From an uncultured bacterium (lineage in GTDB: Bacteria; Macinerneyibacteriota; Macinerneyibacteria; Macinerneyibacteriales; DSCS01): a DNA stretch of 64,000 nt. The translations under genes and the position numbers were made by a program. The stretch is from contig CAZNOX010000005.1 of the NCBI GenBank assembly GCA_964574875.1, positions 17,150-81,149 on the forward strand, in the 5' to 3' direction. Under the pieces are notes generated by a model. It ran no database searches, was not told the origin of the DNA, and saw nothing but the letters and a program-made list of their open reading frames with translations. How positions within the stretch are numbered: the stretch's first letter is position 1; the number at the start of each line of letters is the position of its first letter. Below are positions 55,346 to 64,000 of this stretch, one piece after another.

Positions 55346-56809
55346 ATGAAAGTCATTCTCGCAGGCATGAATATTGACATGTCCCTTCTGCATCTTCTGG
55401 AAAAAGCCCTCCTTGAAGAGGATGAGCGGTCCCGGGAAGAGTTGACCCGTCTGCTGAATACAGGAGCACTGACCCCCGAGACTATCTCAGCCGCCTATGC
55501 GCGCATCAGCCGCTCGCCTCTCGCTGTGGACGAACTGAGGCGGGAGGCTGTCCGTGAAGTGGAGAAGGCCCGGCGGTCCAACGAGACGATCATTTACGGG
55601 ATGGGGCACGGCTCCATTGCGGAGCATGCTGTGTTCAACTTCGATCTTCTCGGGATCTCACGATTGGCATCCGAATGGCTTCAGGAGCATCGGCTCCTCT
55701 CCTTCACTGAAAAATCGCAGAGATACATCAAGATCGAAAAAGATTTTATCCTTCCGGATGAGATCAAAGACGATAAGGAACTCTCCAGGGAATTCAGGGA
55801 ACTCCTGGAGAGGGAAAATACTCTTTATAACCGCTATTACAAAGCCCTCCTGGGTTATTTCAAAGAGAAAGAGCCCCACGCCACCCAACGGGAGCTCACC
55901 GGAAAAGCCAAAGAAGACGCCCGTTATATCCTCTCCCTGGCCACCACATCTCAGATGGGCATGACGGTCAACGCCCGGAACCTGGAGTACATGCTCCGGC
56001 GGATGGCAGCGGCCCCCCTCTATGAGATCCGGGTCCTGGGAGATGAGATCTATCGCCTGATCAGGGGGAAAGTCCCCTCCCTTGTGGTCTTTCATGAGCC
56101 CGGGGAGTACGATGTCAAAGCATGGAGAGGCGAGTTCCCGGTGACGACACAGCGTTCCGGTCCCGGCCCCGATATCGTCCGCCTGGTCTCGTTCACGACT
56201 GACGGGGAGGACAAGGTCATCGCAGGCCTGGTCTTTGAAAACGCAGACCACGATTATCAGGTGCTCCTGGATAATATCAAAACAGTGGATAAAAAGGCTG
56301 TCTTAAGAGAGGCCACGAAAGGGATCAATTTCTACGACAGCGTGGACAGGGCTTTTGAGCTTGCTTCAGCCACGTTTGAAGTGATGGCGTCTGCTTCCTG
56401 CTACGCCCAGTTGAAGCGCCACAGGATGATGAGCCGCCTGACAGGGGCCTATTCACCCGCCCTGGGGGTGACTCTTCCCGATTCCATTAAAGCTGTGGGT
56501 GAGGAAGACTCTTTTATGGAAGAAGTGGACCGTGTCAATGATTTTTATGAGAAAGTCAGGCTCTATGATAAGAACGGGGCTGACTATGTCCTCACCAATG
56601 CCCACAGAAGAAAGGTCGTGATCAAAGCCAATCTTCGCGAATGGTACCATTTTGTCCGTCTCCGGAGCGATGCCCATGCACAATGGGAGATCCGGGCGCT
56701 GTCTGAGATGATAAGGGAGAAACTCCATGAGACTTATCCTCTCCTCACCGGACAACTCATGGGCAAAGATGCATTTATGAAGATGAAAAACGAAAAAAAA
56801 GGAGAATAG
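55346..56809 (+). CDS. thyX: Flavin-dependent thymidylate synthase ThyX, tandem-domain form
   Basis: Two ThyX-like halves: first has the RHR..S..Q.S.RY-type motif (EHRLLSFTEKSQRY), second has QLKRHRMMS. Confidence 0.7.
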   Translation: MKVILAGMNIDMSLLHLLEKALLEEDERSREELTRLLNTGALTPETISAAYARISRSPLAVDELRREAVREVEKARRSNETIIYGMGHGSIAEHAVFNFDLLGISRLASEWLQEHRLLSFTEKSQRYIKIEKDFILPDEIKDDKELSREFRELLERENTLYNRYYKALLGYFKEKEPHATQRELTGKAKEDARYILSLATTSQMGMTVNARNLEYMLRRMAAAPLYEIRVLGDEIYRLIRGKVPSLVVFHEPGEYDVKAWRGEFPVTTQRSGPGPDIVRLVSFTTDGEDKVIAGLVFENADHDYQVLLDNIKTVDKKAVLREATKGINFYDSVDRAFELASATFEVMASASCYAQLKRHRMMSRLTGAYSPALGVTLPDSIKAVGEEDSFMEEVDRVNDFYEKVRLYDKNGADYVLTNAHRRKVVIKANLREWYHFVRLRSDAHAQWEIRALSEMIREKLHETYPLLTGQLMGKDAFMKMKNEKKGE

Positions 56810-56810
56810 G

Positions 56811-58199
56811 ATGAGATTATCGTTCCATGGAGCAGCACGGACAGTCACAGGGTCAAAACACCTTCTGGAGACAGGCAACCGCCAGATCCTTGTTGATTGC
56901 GGACTTTTTCAGGGGAAGCGCAAGGAAGCCTTTGAAATGAACAGGAAACTTGAAGGGATCGATCCGCAGGCCGTGGATGCCGTTTTGCTGACCCACGCTC
57001 ATATCGATCATTCAGGAAGTATACCCACGCTGGTCAGCCGCGGTTTTGAGGGCGACATCGTCTGCACACATGCCACCCGTGACCTGGCCAATATCATGCT
57101 CAGGGATTCGGCTCATATTCAGGAGTTCGATGTGGCCTATGTGAACAAGAAGAGGATGCGTGCGGGAAAGACCCCCTTTGAGCCCCTGTACACCATGGAT
57201 GATGCCATCAATGCCCTTCAGTATTTTGTCAGTTATAACTACAACCGTCTCTTTGCCTTAAATGACAATATCAAGATGAAATTCTATGATGCGGGGCATA
57301 TCCTGGGGTCAGCCATGATCATGGTCCAGGCGGAAGGGAAGAACATCCTCTTTTCGGGGGACCTCGGAAGGAAAAACCTTCCCATACTGAGAGACCCCGA
57401 TTCCATCGACCTTCCCGTGGATTATCTTGTCATCGAAAGCACCTACGGAGACCGCCTCCATGATGATATCGAAAATATGGAAAAAGAGCTTGCGGATGTC
57501 ATCACAAGGACAGTGAAAAGGAACGGGAAAGTCATCGTTCCCTCCTTTTCCGTGGGCCGGACCCAGGAGCTGGTCTATGCCCTGCACCGCCTTTTCATCC
57601 GCAAACAGATCCCCGATGTCCCTGTCTTTGTGGACAGCCCGCTGAGTGTCAATGCCACTTCGGTCTTTCGGCTCCATGCCGAGTGTTTCGACAGAGAGAC
57701 ACATGATTTCCTCATCCGTGAAGGCGATCCCTTCGGGTTTGACAGCCTCCGCTATATTCAGCATGTGGAGGATTCCAAAAAACTCAACGATACGCAGGAT
57801 CCCATGATCATTATTTCAGCCTCAGGCATGGCCGAAGCCGGCCGCATTCTTCATCATCTCAAGAATAATGTCGAAGATGAACGCAACACTGTCCTTTTCG
57901 TGGGTTTCCAGGCTGAAAACACACTGGGAAGAAAGATCCTCACTGGGGAGACTCCGGTGAAGATCTTCGGCGAACCCTACGAGGTGAATGCTGAAGTGGC
58001 CCGTATTGAATCCTTCTCTGCCCACGCTGACAGAGATGAGCTTCTCGGGTTCGTCAGAGGGCTGAAACAGGCCCCGGAAAAGATCTTTGTGGTCCATGGC
58101 GAAGAGGAGTCGGCCCTTGCTTTTGCCCGGTCACTCGGGGAGATCTCCAAAGCCGAGATCCATGTCCCGGAGATGGGCGAAGGCTACGAGCTGAAATGA
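56811..58199 (+). CDS. MBL-fold beta-CASP RNA-metabolising hydrolase (RNase J/CPSF-like)
   Basis: HxHxDH (THAHIDHSG), beta-CASP motifs, C-terminal RMMBL-like region (ESFSAHADRDELL). Confidence 0.7.
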   Translation: MRLSFHGAARTVTGSKHLLETGNRQILVDCGLFQGKRKEAFEMNRKLEGIDPQAVDAVLLTHAHIDHSGSIPTLVSRGFEGDIVCTHATRDLANIMLRDSAHIQEFDVAYVNKKRMRAGKTPFEPLYTMDDAINALQYFVSYNYNRLFALNDNIKMKFYDAGHILGSAMIMVQAEGKNILFSGDLGRKNLPILRDPDSIDLPVDYLVIESTYGDRLHDDIENMEKELADVITRTVKRNGKVIVPSFSVGRTQELVYALHRLFIRKQIPDVPVFVDSPLSVNATSVFRLHAECFDRETHDFLIREGDPFGFDSLRYIQHVEDSKKLNDTQDPMIIISASGMAEAGRILHHLKNNVEDERNTVLFVGFQAENTLGRKILTGETPVKIFGEPYEVNAEVARIESFSAHADRDELLGFVRGLKQAPEKIFVVHGEEESALAFARSLGEISKAEIHVPEMGEGYELK

Positions 58200-58220
58200 G
58201 AAGATAAGCCGTTATCTGTC

Positions 58221-58248
58221 TTGACAATTGTCCAAGGGCCATTATAAT
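58221..58248 (+). promoter_or_regulatory. Sigma70-like promoter of tRNA-Arg (TTGACA-N16-TATAAT)
   Basis: Perfect consensus boxes at 58221-58226 and 58243-58248, 11 nt before the tRNA. Confidence 0.55.
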
Positions 58249-58259
58249 ACTGCTCGTAA

Positions 58260-58332
58260 GTGCCCGTAGCTCAATGGATAGAGCGACAGACTCCGGATCT
58301 GTAGGCTGAAGGTTCGACTCCTTTCGGGCACA
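58260..58332 (+). tRNA. tRNA-Arg (anticodon CCG)
   Basis: Acceptor gtgcccg/cgggcac, D-arm gctcaatggatagagc, anticodon stem acaga/tctgt with loop ctCCGga, T-arm ggttcgactcc. Confidence 0.8.
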
Positions 58333-58353
58333 TTGCTTTTGGCGGGGACAATA

Positions 58354-59688
58354 ATGAAAAAAAAAATTTCCGGGGTGGCCCTAACCCTTATTCTCCTTAT
58401 TCTCTTAACCATCGGGGCGTACTATCTTTTTAACCGCAGAAGCGCGCCCGATTTTTTCCCCCCGGACACGGTGGCTTTTGCCAAAGTCCGTTCTTTCAAA
58501 TCATTCCTGAAGCTGGATTCTCCCCTCATCGAAGAGTACGCCGGAAGAATAAAAAAAAACAGATGGATCAAATGGCTCCCCGACAAGGATTTTTATGTCG
58601 CCGTGGATAAGGAGAAGAACACCTATATCTTCATCGAGCTCTCTTTTCTGGCCCCGTTCTTTTCCTCGCTCGGCCCTGTGGAGGGGAATGTCCTCTGCAT
58701 CACATCCAACGAGGATTTTGAGATGTCGGGGGGGTATCTCGCATCACACAACGAGGAGACAGGAAAACTCAACGGGCGGGGGGACATCCGGTTTGTCCTG
58801 AACAGGCCCGAGATGTTTCTGAAACAGGAGGATCTCGGGGAGGCCCTGTGGGGGGAGGCCGATGTTCTGGCCCGTCACAATGCCATCAGGATCACCTATC
58901 ATATGAAAAATCCCCTTGGTGTGGACGCCAGGTGGTCTCAGGCTGAAAAAAGCCTGGCGCTGGTCCCTTCCGACGCCGATTTTTTGCTGAAGGTCAACAT
59001 GGCCGATTTTGAAACCCATTACGCCCGCATAAGGAAGATGGTTCAGAAGACAGCCCTCTTTCAGAAATTCCTGGAGACACGACGGAAGATCTATGAAAAG
59101 ACGGGGATCGATATTGAAAAACAGATCATGCCCCTTCTTGAGGCCGGAGCCGTGGTCGGGGCCCGTGATGTGGATGATTATTTCGCTGTCATGCAAAAAG
59201 AGGCCGGGCTGGAGGAGATGGGGCGTATTGCCCGGGAGTTGGAAAAACGGTATCCCGTGGTCTTCCGGGAAGGGGACTTTGACGGGATGAAAGCCTGGAC
59301 CGTGGATGTCACGGGAATCGCCGGGTTTCTTGTCAAAAGTTTTTTCAAGGACAAATGGGAAGAGATGAAAAAGCCCTACTACTATGTTCAGGATGACGCT
59401 CTTCTTTTTTTCGACAGTCTTTACGGGATGAAGATCTACAGACAGGGGCTGAAGACAGGGGTCGCCCCTTCTTCACGGGCAGGAGACTATGTGAGAGGGC
59501 TCATGTTCCGGCGTTCCCATATCAGCCTCTATATGGACAGCCTCTATCTCAATGAGGTCTACAAGAATGAAGGAGTCTATGCCAATTTTTCCCGGCTCTT
59601 CTTTTCTGCTGATTTCAGCCGGGACACGATAGACGGAGATGTTGTGATCAAATTTAAACGAAACAGTCAATTGGAGGAAGAGTTATGA
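58354..59688 (+). CDS. Membrane-anchored conserved hypothetical protein
   Basis: N-terminal TM (VALTLILLILLTIGAYYLF), roughly 420 aa extracytoplasmic part, no recognisable motif. Stop overlaps the ackA start. Start chosen at ATG 58354 (MKKKISG). Confidence 0.5.
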   Translation: MKKKISGVALTLILLILLTIGAYYLFNRRSAPDFFPPDTVAFAKVRSFKSFLKLDSPLIEEYAGRIKKNRWIKWLPDKDFYVAVDKEKNTYIFIELSFLAPFFSSLGPVEGNVLCITSNEDFEMSGGYLASHNEETGKLNGRGDIRFVLNRPEMFLKQEDLGEALWGEADVLARHNAIRITYHMKNPLGVDARWSQAEKSLALVPSDADFLLKVNMADFETHYARIRKMVQKTALFQKFLETRRKIYEKTGIDIEKQIMPLLEAGAVVGARDVDDYFAVMQKEAGLEEMGRIARELEKRYPVVFREGDFDGMKAWTVDVTGIAGFLVKSFFKDKWEEMKKPYYYVQDDALLFFDSLYGMKIYRQGLKTGVAPSSRAGDYVRGLMFRRSHISLYMDSLYLNEVYKNEGVYANFSRLFFSADFSRDTIDGDVVIKFKRNSQLEEEL

Positions 59689-60884
59689 AAATTTTGGTTT
59701 TGAATTCAGGAAGTTCGTCCATCAAGTTCCAGATGCTGGATATGTCCACCGAAGAGGTCCTGCTGAGGGGGCTTGTTGAACGGATCGGCCTGGACGAATC
59801 GGTCATCTCCTGGAAAACGGATGGAGATAAGCACAAAAAGACCCTTCACATCCCCGGCCATAAAGAGGGGCTCTCTGCCGTTCTGGATATCCTGACAGAT
59901 TCAGAGCATGGTGTGATCTCCGATTTCAATGAGATCGATGCCGTGGGGCACCGCTATGTCCACGGAGGAGAAGAGTATAAGGATTCTGCTGTCGTCACCG
60001 CTGCGGATATCCCCGCGCTGGAAAAGCTGAACCACCTGGCTCCCCTTCATAATCCCCACAACCTGGTGGGCGTGAAGGCCATGCTGGAGCTCATCCCTCA
60101 GGTTCCCAATGTTATCGTCTTTGACACCTCGTTTCATTCAAGGATGCCTGAAAAGGCTTATATGTATGCTCTTCCCTACGAGCTCTATGAAGAGTACGGG
60201 ATCCGGCGTTACGGGTTTCACGGCACATCACATCATTATGTGGCCCTGGAAGCGGCTGACATGCTGGGCCGTCCCTTCGAAGAGGTCAGGGTCATCACCT
60301 GTCATATGGGAAACGGGACCTCTTTCAGCGCTGTCCGGAACGGCCATTCTGTGGACACTTCCCTGGGATTCAGTACCATGTGCGGGATCCCCATGGGGAC
60401 CCGTGCCGGAGACTTCGACCCCGGGATCCTGACCCATCTGCTCAATACCGGAGATTTCACCCCTGAAAGCCTGCATGACCTCATCTATAAAAAGAGCGGT
60501 ATGCTGGGTGTATCAGGTGTTTCAAGCGATATGCGCGACATCGAGCAGAAGGCCTGGAACGAAAAGGACAAGAGAGCCCAGCTGGCGCTGGATCTTGTCC
60601 ATTATCAAGCCAAAAAATATATCGGGGCTTATCTGGCCGTCATGAACGGAGCTGATGCTCTTGTCTTTACAGCCGGTATCGGTGAGAACGGATGGGAGAC
60701 AAGGGAAGAGATCTGCAGCGGAATGGAATTCCTGGGGATCAAGATCGACACAGAGAAGAACAAGGTGCGGGGGAAGCGAGTGGATATTTCTGCTCCGGAC
60801 AGCCGCATCAGAGTCCTGGTCATCCCCACAAATGAAGAGTTGATGATCGCCAAAGAGACACTCGAGCTGACACAGGAAAAATAA
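59685..60884 (+). CDS. ackA: Acetate (or propionate) kinase
   Basis: [17 protein letters not shown]-terminus, acetokinase signatures ([29 protein letters not shown]). Confidence 0.9.
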   Translation: MKILVLNSGSSSIKFQMLDMSTEEVLLRGLVERIGLDESVISWKTDGDKHKKTLHIPGHKEGLSAVLDILTDSEHGVISDFNEIDAVGHRYVHGGEEYKDSAVVTAADIPALEKLNHLAPLHNPHNLVGVKAMLELIPQVPNVIVFDTSFHSRMPEKAYMYALPYELYEEYGIRRYGFHGTSHHYVALEAADMLGRPFEEVRVITCHMGNGTSFSAVRNGHSVDTSLGFSTMCGIPMGTRAGDFDPGILTHLLNTGDFTPESLHDLIYKKSGMLGVSGVSSDMRDIEQKAWNEKDKRAQLALDLVHYQAKKYIGAYLAVMNGADALVFTAGIGENGWETREEICSGMEFLGIKIDTEKNKVRGKRVDISAPDSRIRVLVIPTNEELMIAKETLELTQEK

Positions 60885-60894
60885 GGAGGCTATC

Positions 60895-62568
60895 ATGGAA
60901 GAGTATAAGAAGATCAAAGACGCCCGAGCAAAGTGGGAGGAGACAACCGTCAAAAAAGTCATCAGCCGTTTTCCCGAACGAAAAGAGACCTTTGTGACGG
61001 GTTCGGACATTCCCGTTGACCGTGCCTATTCCCCTGAGTCTTTTGACGAGGAGCAGTGGCTGGGTGAAGTCGGGTTTCCCGGTGAGTATCCCTTCACGCG
61101 GGGTGTTCAGCCCACCATGTACCGGGGCCGCTTCTGGACCATGCGTCAGTACGCCGGTTTCGGCACAGCCGAAGAATCCAATAAACGATACAAATACCTT
61201 CTGGAACAGGGGCAGACCGGCCTCTCGGTGGCCTTTGACCTTCCCACCCAGATCGGATATGATTCCGACGATGCCATGAGTGTGGGGGAAGTGGGGAAAG
61301 TGGGTGTCGCCATCGATACCCTGAAAGACATGGAGATCCTTTTTGAGGGGATCCCCCTGGACAAGGTCTCCACCTCCATGACCATCAATGCTCCGGCATC
61401 TGTCCTTCTGGCCATGTACATCGTCGTGGGTGAAAAACAGGGTGTCTCCAGGGACCAGCTCAGGGGGACCATCCAGAATGATATCCTGAAAGAGTATATC
61501 GCCCGGGGAACCTATATCTTTCCCCCTGAGCCCTCCATGCGCCTGATCACGAATATTTTTGAATTCTGTTCAAAAGAGGTTCCCAAGTGGAACACCATCA
61601 GTATTTCAGGCTACCATATCCGGGAGGCGGGGTCCACAGCCGTCCAGGAAGTGGCCTTTACCATCGCCGACGGGATGGAGTATGTCAAGACAGCGGTCAA
61701 AGCGGGGCTTGATGTGGACCAGTTCGCCGACCGCCTCTCCTTCTTCTTCAATGCTCACAACGATCTGCTTGAAGAGGTGGCCAAATACCGTGCTGCCAGG
61801 AGGATCTGGGCGACACTGATGAAAGAGAAGTTCAAAGCCAGGTCATCGAAGTCCATGATGCTCCGTTTCCATACACAGACCGGTGGGTCCACACTGACAG
61901 CGCAGCAGCCGGATAACAATATCGTCCGCGTGGCCATTCAGACTCTCGCGGCTGTCCTTGGAGGGACGCAGAGCCTGCATACCAACTCCCGTGATGAAGC
62001 CCTGGCCCTGCCCACGGAAGATTCAGTCCGCATCGCCCTGAGAACTCAGCAGATCGTGGCTCATGAGTCGGGAGTCGCCAACACAGTGGATCCCCTGGCC
62101 GGATCCTATTATGTGGAAGCCCTGACCAGCCGGATCTACAGGGAGGCCATGGAGTATATCGAGAAGATCGAAGAGATGGGCGGAATGGTGAAAGCCATTG
62201 AAAAGGGATACGTTCAGAAAGAGATCCAGGATGCCGCCTACCGCTACCAGAAAGATGTTGAGAAGGGAGAACGCATCGTCGTGGGCGTGAACAAGTTTAC
62301 CGTCAAGGAGGAGGCACCTAAAGACCTTCTCAAGGTCGATCCCACCCTGCGGGACATCCAGGTGAAAAAACTGGCTCAGACGAAGGGTGAACGTGATCAC
62401 GAGGCCGTGGAAAAAGCTTTGAAAGCCCTGGAAGACGCAGCAGCCAAGCCGGATGTGAACCTTATGCCGCTGATCATCGATGCTGTCCGGGAATATGCTT
62501 CTCTCGGAGAGATCTGCAATATCCTGAGAGACGTCTACGGGGAATATAAAGAGTCCATTGTTCTGTAA
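60895..62568 (+). CDS. Methylmalonyl-CoA mutase, large (substrate-binding TIM-barrel) subunit, split form
   Basis: MCM N-terminal domain motifs ([60 protein letters not shown]), including the MCM-type Tyr in TMYRGR. No B12 domain in this ORF. Confidence 0.85.
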   Translation: MEEYKKIKDARAKWEETTVKKVISRFPERKETFVTGSDIPVDRAYSPESFDEEQWLGEVGFPGEYPFTRGVQPTMYRGRFWTMRQYAGFGTAEESNKRYKYLLEQGQTGLSVAFDLPTQIGYDSDDAMSVGEVGKVGVAIDTLKDMEILFEGIPLDKVSTSMTINAPASVLLAMYIVVGEKQGVSRDQLRGTIQNDILKEYIARGTYIFPPEPSMRLITNIFEFCSKEVPKWNTISISGYHIREAGSTAVQEVAFTIADGMEYVKTAVKAGLDVDQFADRLSFFFNAHNDLLEEVAKYRAARRIWATLMKEKFKARSSKSMMLRFHTQTGGSTLTAQQPDNNIVRVAIQTLAAVLGGTQSLHTNSRDEALALPTEDSVRIALRTQQIVAHESGVANTVDPLAGSYYVEALTSRIYREAMEYIEKIEEMGGMVKAIEKGYVQKEIQDAAYRYQKDVEKGERIVVGVNKFTVKEEAPKDLLKVDPTLRDIQVKKLAQTKGERDHEAVEKALKALEDAAAKPDVNLMPLIIDAVREYASLGEICNILRDVYGEYKESIVL

Positions 62569-62579
62569 AGGGGGAAATC

Positions 62580-62987
62580 ATGAGCGAACGAAAGCTGAGG
62601 ATACTGATTGCCAAACCCGGCCTTGACGGCCATGACAGGGGGGCAAAATATGTCGCCCGGGCCTTGAAAGACGAAGGTTATGAAGTCATCTATACAGGCA
62701 TCCGGCAGACGCCTGAAAGCATTGTCCGAACTGCTCTGCAGGAAGATGTCGATTTTGTGGGGCTGAGCCTTCTCTCGGGGGCGCATAACGAGCTCTTCCC
62801 CCGGATCGCGGAACTTCTCCGCGAAAATGACGCCGCCGATATCATCGTCTTCGGAGGAGGAGTCATCCCGGAAGAGGATATTCCTTTTTTGAAGGAAAAA
62901 GGGATCCGGGCTGTCTTTACACCGGGCACACCCATTCAGGAGATCGTCGATTTTATCGAATCGAAAAGGGATGAACGTCATCAATGA
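62580..62987 (+). CDS. Methylmalonyl-CoA mutase B12-binding small subunit
   Basis: DxHxxG cobalamin motif ([14 protein letters not shown]) and GGxxxP region ([12 protein letters not shown]). Confidence 0.85.
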   Translation: MSERKLRILIAKPGLDGHDRGAKYVARALKDEGYEVIYTGIRQTPESIVRTALQEDVDFVGLSLLSGAHNELFPRIAELLRENDAADIIVFGGGVIPEEDIPFLKEKGIRAVFTPGTPIQEIVDFIESKRDERHQ

Positions 62988-63940
62988 CCGATCTCACCCG
63001 TGATATTATCCGGGGAAAGACCCGGGCTATCGCCCGCGGTATCTCTCTGGTGGAAAATAACACAGCCGGACGGGAGGAGCTCATCGACGCCCTCTTCCCT
63101 CATACAGGACGGGCCCGGATCTGGGGGATCACGGGGCCTCCGGGAGCCGGGAAGAGCACATTGGCTGATCTTCTCATCTCAAGTGAACGGAAAAAGGGAC
63201 ACCGTGTGGCCGTTGTGGCCGTGGACCCCAGCTCCCCGTTTACCGGCGGAGCCCTGCTCGGCGATCGTCTGCGGATGCAGTCCCATGCCGAGGATGACGG
63301 AGTCTTTATCCGTTCCATGGCCTCACGGGGGCATCTCGGAGGGGTCTCCGGCGCGACTCTGGATGCGATCAAGGTCCTTGATGCCGCCGGTTTCGACACG
63401 ATCATCGTGGAGACCATCGGGGTGGGACAGACAGAAGTGGACATTATCGAACTCACGGATATCGTCCTTCTGGTCCTTGTCCCGGGAATGGGAGATGAGA
63501 TCCAGGCGATGAAGGCCGGTGTCATGGAGATCGGTGATATCTTTGTCATCAACAAAAGCGACAAAGAAGGGGCTGAAAAGCTCCGCACAGAGGTGGAATA
63601 TGTCCTGGGGTTCAAATATACAGGAGAGAAAGAGAAGATGAACCCGGTCTGTATGGTCTCTGCAAAGATGAACAAGGGGATCGAGCACCTCACCGGGGAG
63701 ATGGACGAGCGCTTCAGGCAGCTGGAAGAGGCCGGAGAGCTCCGCCAAAAGCGGAAAGAGCGCATTCGGAAAGAGCTTCTCCGGATCTTTTCGCTGAAAA
63801 TCCATGAATTACTTGACAAAAAAATGGATTTTTATAATAATGTGGGCGAATGGGCGGAAATGATCTATAATAAAGACGTCAAACCCTACCATTTTATAAA
63901 TGAACGTTTACGGTTTTTCTTAAAAAAGGAGAGTGAATGA
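62984..63940 (+). CDS. meaB: Methylmalonyl-CoA mutase-associated G-protein chaperone MeaB/ArgK
   Basis: P-loop [10 protein letters not shown]-protein motifs ([12 protein letters not shown]). Confidence 0.85.
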   Translation: MTDLTRDIIRGKTRAIARGISLVENNTAGREELIDALFPHTGRARIWGITGPPGAGKSTLADLLISSERKKGHRVAVVAVDPSSPFTGGALLGDRLRMQSHAEDDGVFIRSMASRGHLGGVSGATLDAIKVLDAAGFDTIIVETIGVGQTEVDIIELTDIVLLVLVPGMGDEIQAMKAGVMEIGDIFVINKSDKEGAEKLRTEVEYVLGFKYTGEKEKMNPVCMVSAKMNKGIEHLTGEMDERFRQLEEAGELRQKRKERIRKELLRIFSLKIHELLDKKMDFYNNVGEWAEMIYNKDVKPYHFINERLRFFLKKESE

Positions 63941-63942
63941 CG

Positions 63943-64000
63943 ATGATCAGGAAGATCGACCATGTGGGAATCGCTGTCTCTTCACTGGAGGAGCATATCC
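63943..64000 (+). CDS. mce: Methylmalonyl-CoA epimerase (VOC/glyoxalase fold), 3' end outside window
   Basis: MIRKIDHVGIAVSSLEEHI, the typical epimerase N-terminus. AAAGGAGAG SD. Truncated by the window end. Confidence 0.6.
   Translation, partial: MIRKIDHVGIAVSSLEEHI

Noticed and set aside
1-64000. Search for mobile elements, integrases, CRISPR repeats, toxin-antitoxin pairs or defence islands
   Set aside because: No transposase or integrase-like ORFs, no spaced direct repeats, no small paired ORFs with TA features. Gene content is housekeeping with tight operon packing, so I do not claim an accessory island.

Overview
This 64 kb window reads as ordinary, densely packed chromosomal core DNA from a GC-rich (about 55%) bacterium. 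It is probably a diderm anaerobe (BamA/PlpD-type outer-membrane patatin, lipobox lipoprotein, PilB/PilC) with canonical sigma70-type promoters (TTGACA-N16/17-TATAAT) in front of several operons. I see no transposase, integrase, CRISPR array or large repeats, and no single obvious undescribed system. The genes run in this order: 5'-truncated multi-PAS hybrid histidine kinase; HydE-like radical SAM and cupin (divergent); TrmH-family RNA methyltransferase; PAS histidine kinase plus sigma54 enhancer-binding protein; tRNA-Gly/Cys/Leu cluster; two tandem CNNM/CorC-type transporters; a partner-switching operon (STAS antagonist, HATPase Ser-kinase, two PP2C phosphatases) translationally coupled to a ThiS-like/E1 (ThiF/MoeB) fusion; a divergent FolD-like protein in an operon with a small membrane protein and a large sensor kinase-like protein; PlsC-type acyltransferase; DUF4388 protein; ABC ATPase/permease/GntR/lipoprotein operon with a palindromic operator; a complete dcw cluster (mraZ-rsmH-ftsL-ftsI-murF-mraY-murD-ftsW-murG-murC-ftsQ-ftsA-ftsZ, with no murE/ddl/murB); M42 peptidase, EcfT, ComEA; PlpD-like patatin; DHH-CBS-CCA tRNA nucleotidyltransferase; ComF; GNAT; NUDIX; FtsH; FolE; CdaA-CdaR; an orphan STAS-PilB-PilC module; tandem-domain ThyX; beta-CASP MBL RNase; tRNA-Arg; a conserved hypothetical membrane protein; ackA; split methylmalonyl-CoA mutase, MeaB and a partial methylmalonyl-CoA epimerase. 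The supplied ORF track uses TTG/GTG as well as ATG starts, so several track starts are over-extended; I corrected starts where an internal ATG with a Shine-Dalgarno sequence is evident. The most noteworthy observations are the sigma-less partner-switching module coupled to a Ubl-E1 fusion, a FolD paralog lacking the catalytic lysine, two genes (comF, cdaA) whose conserved N-termini lie upstream of any ATG/GTG/TTG, and the STAS-PilB-PilC module next to cdaAR.
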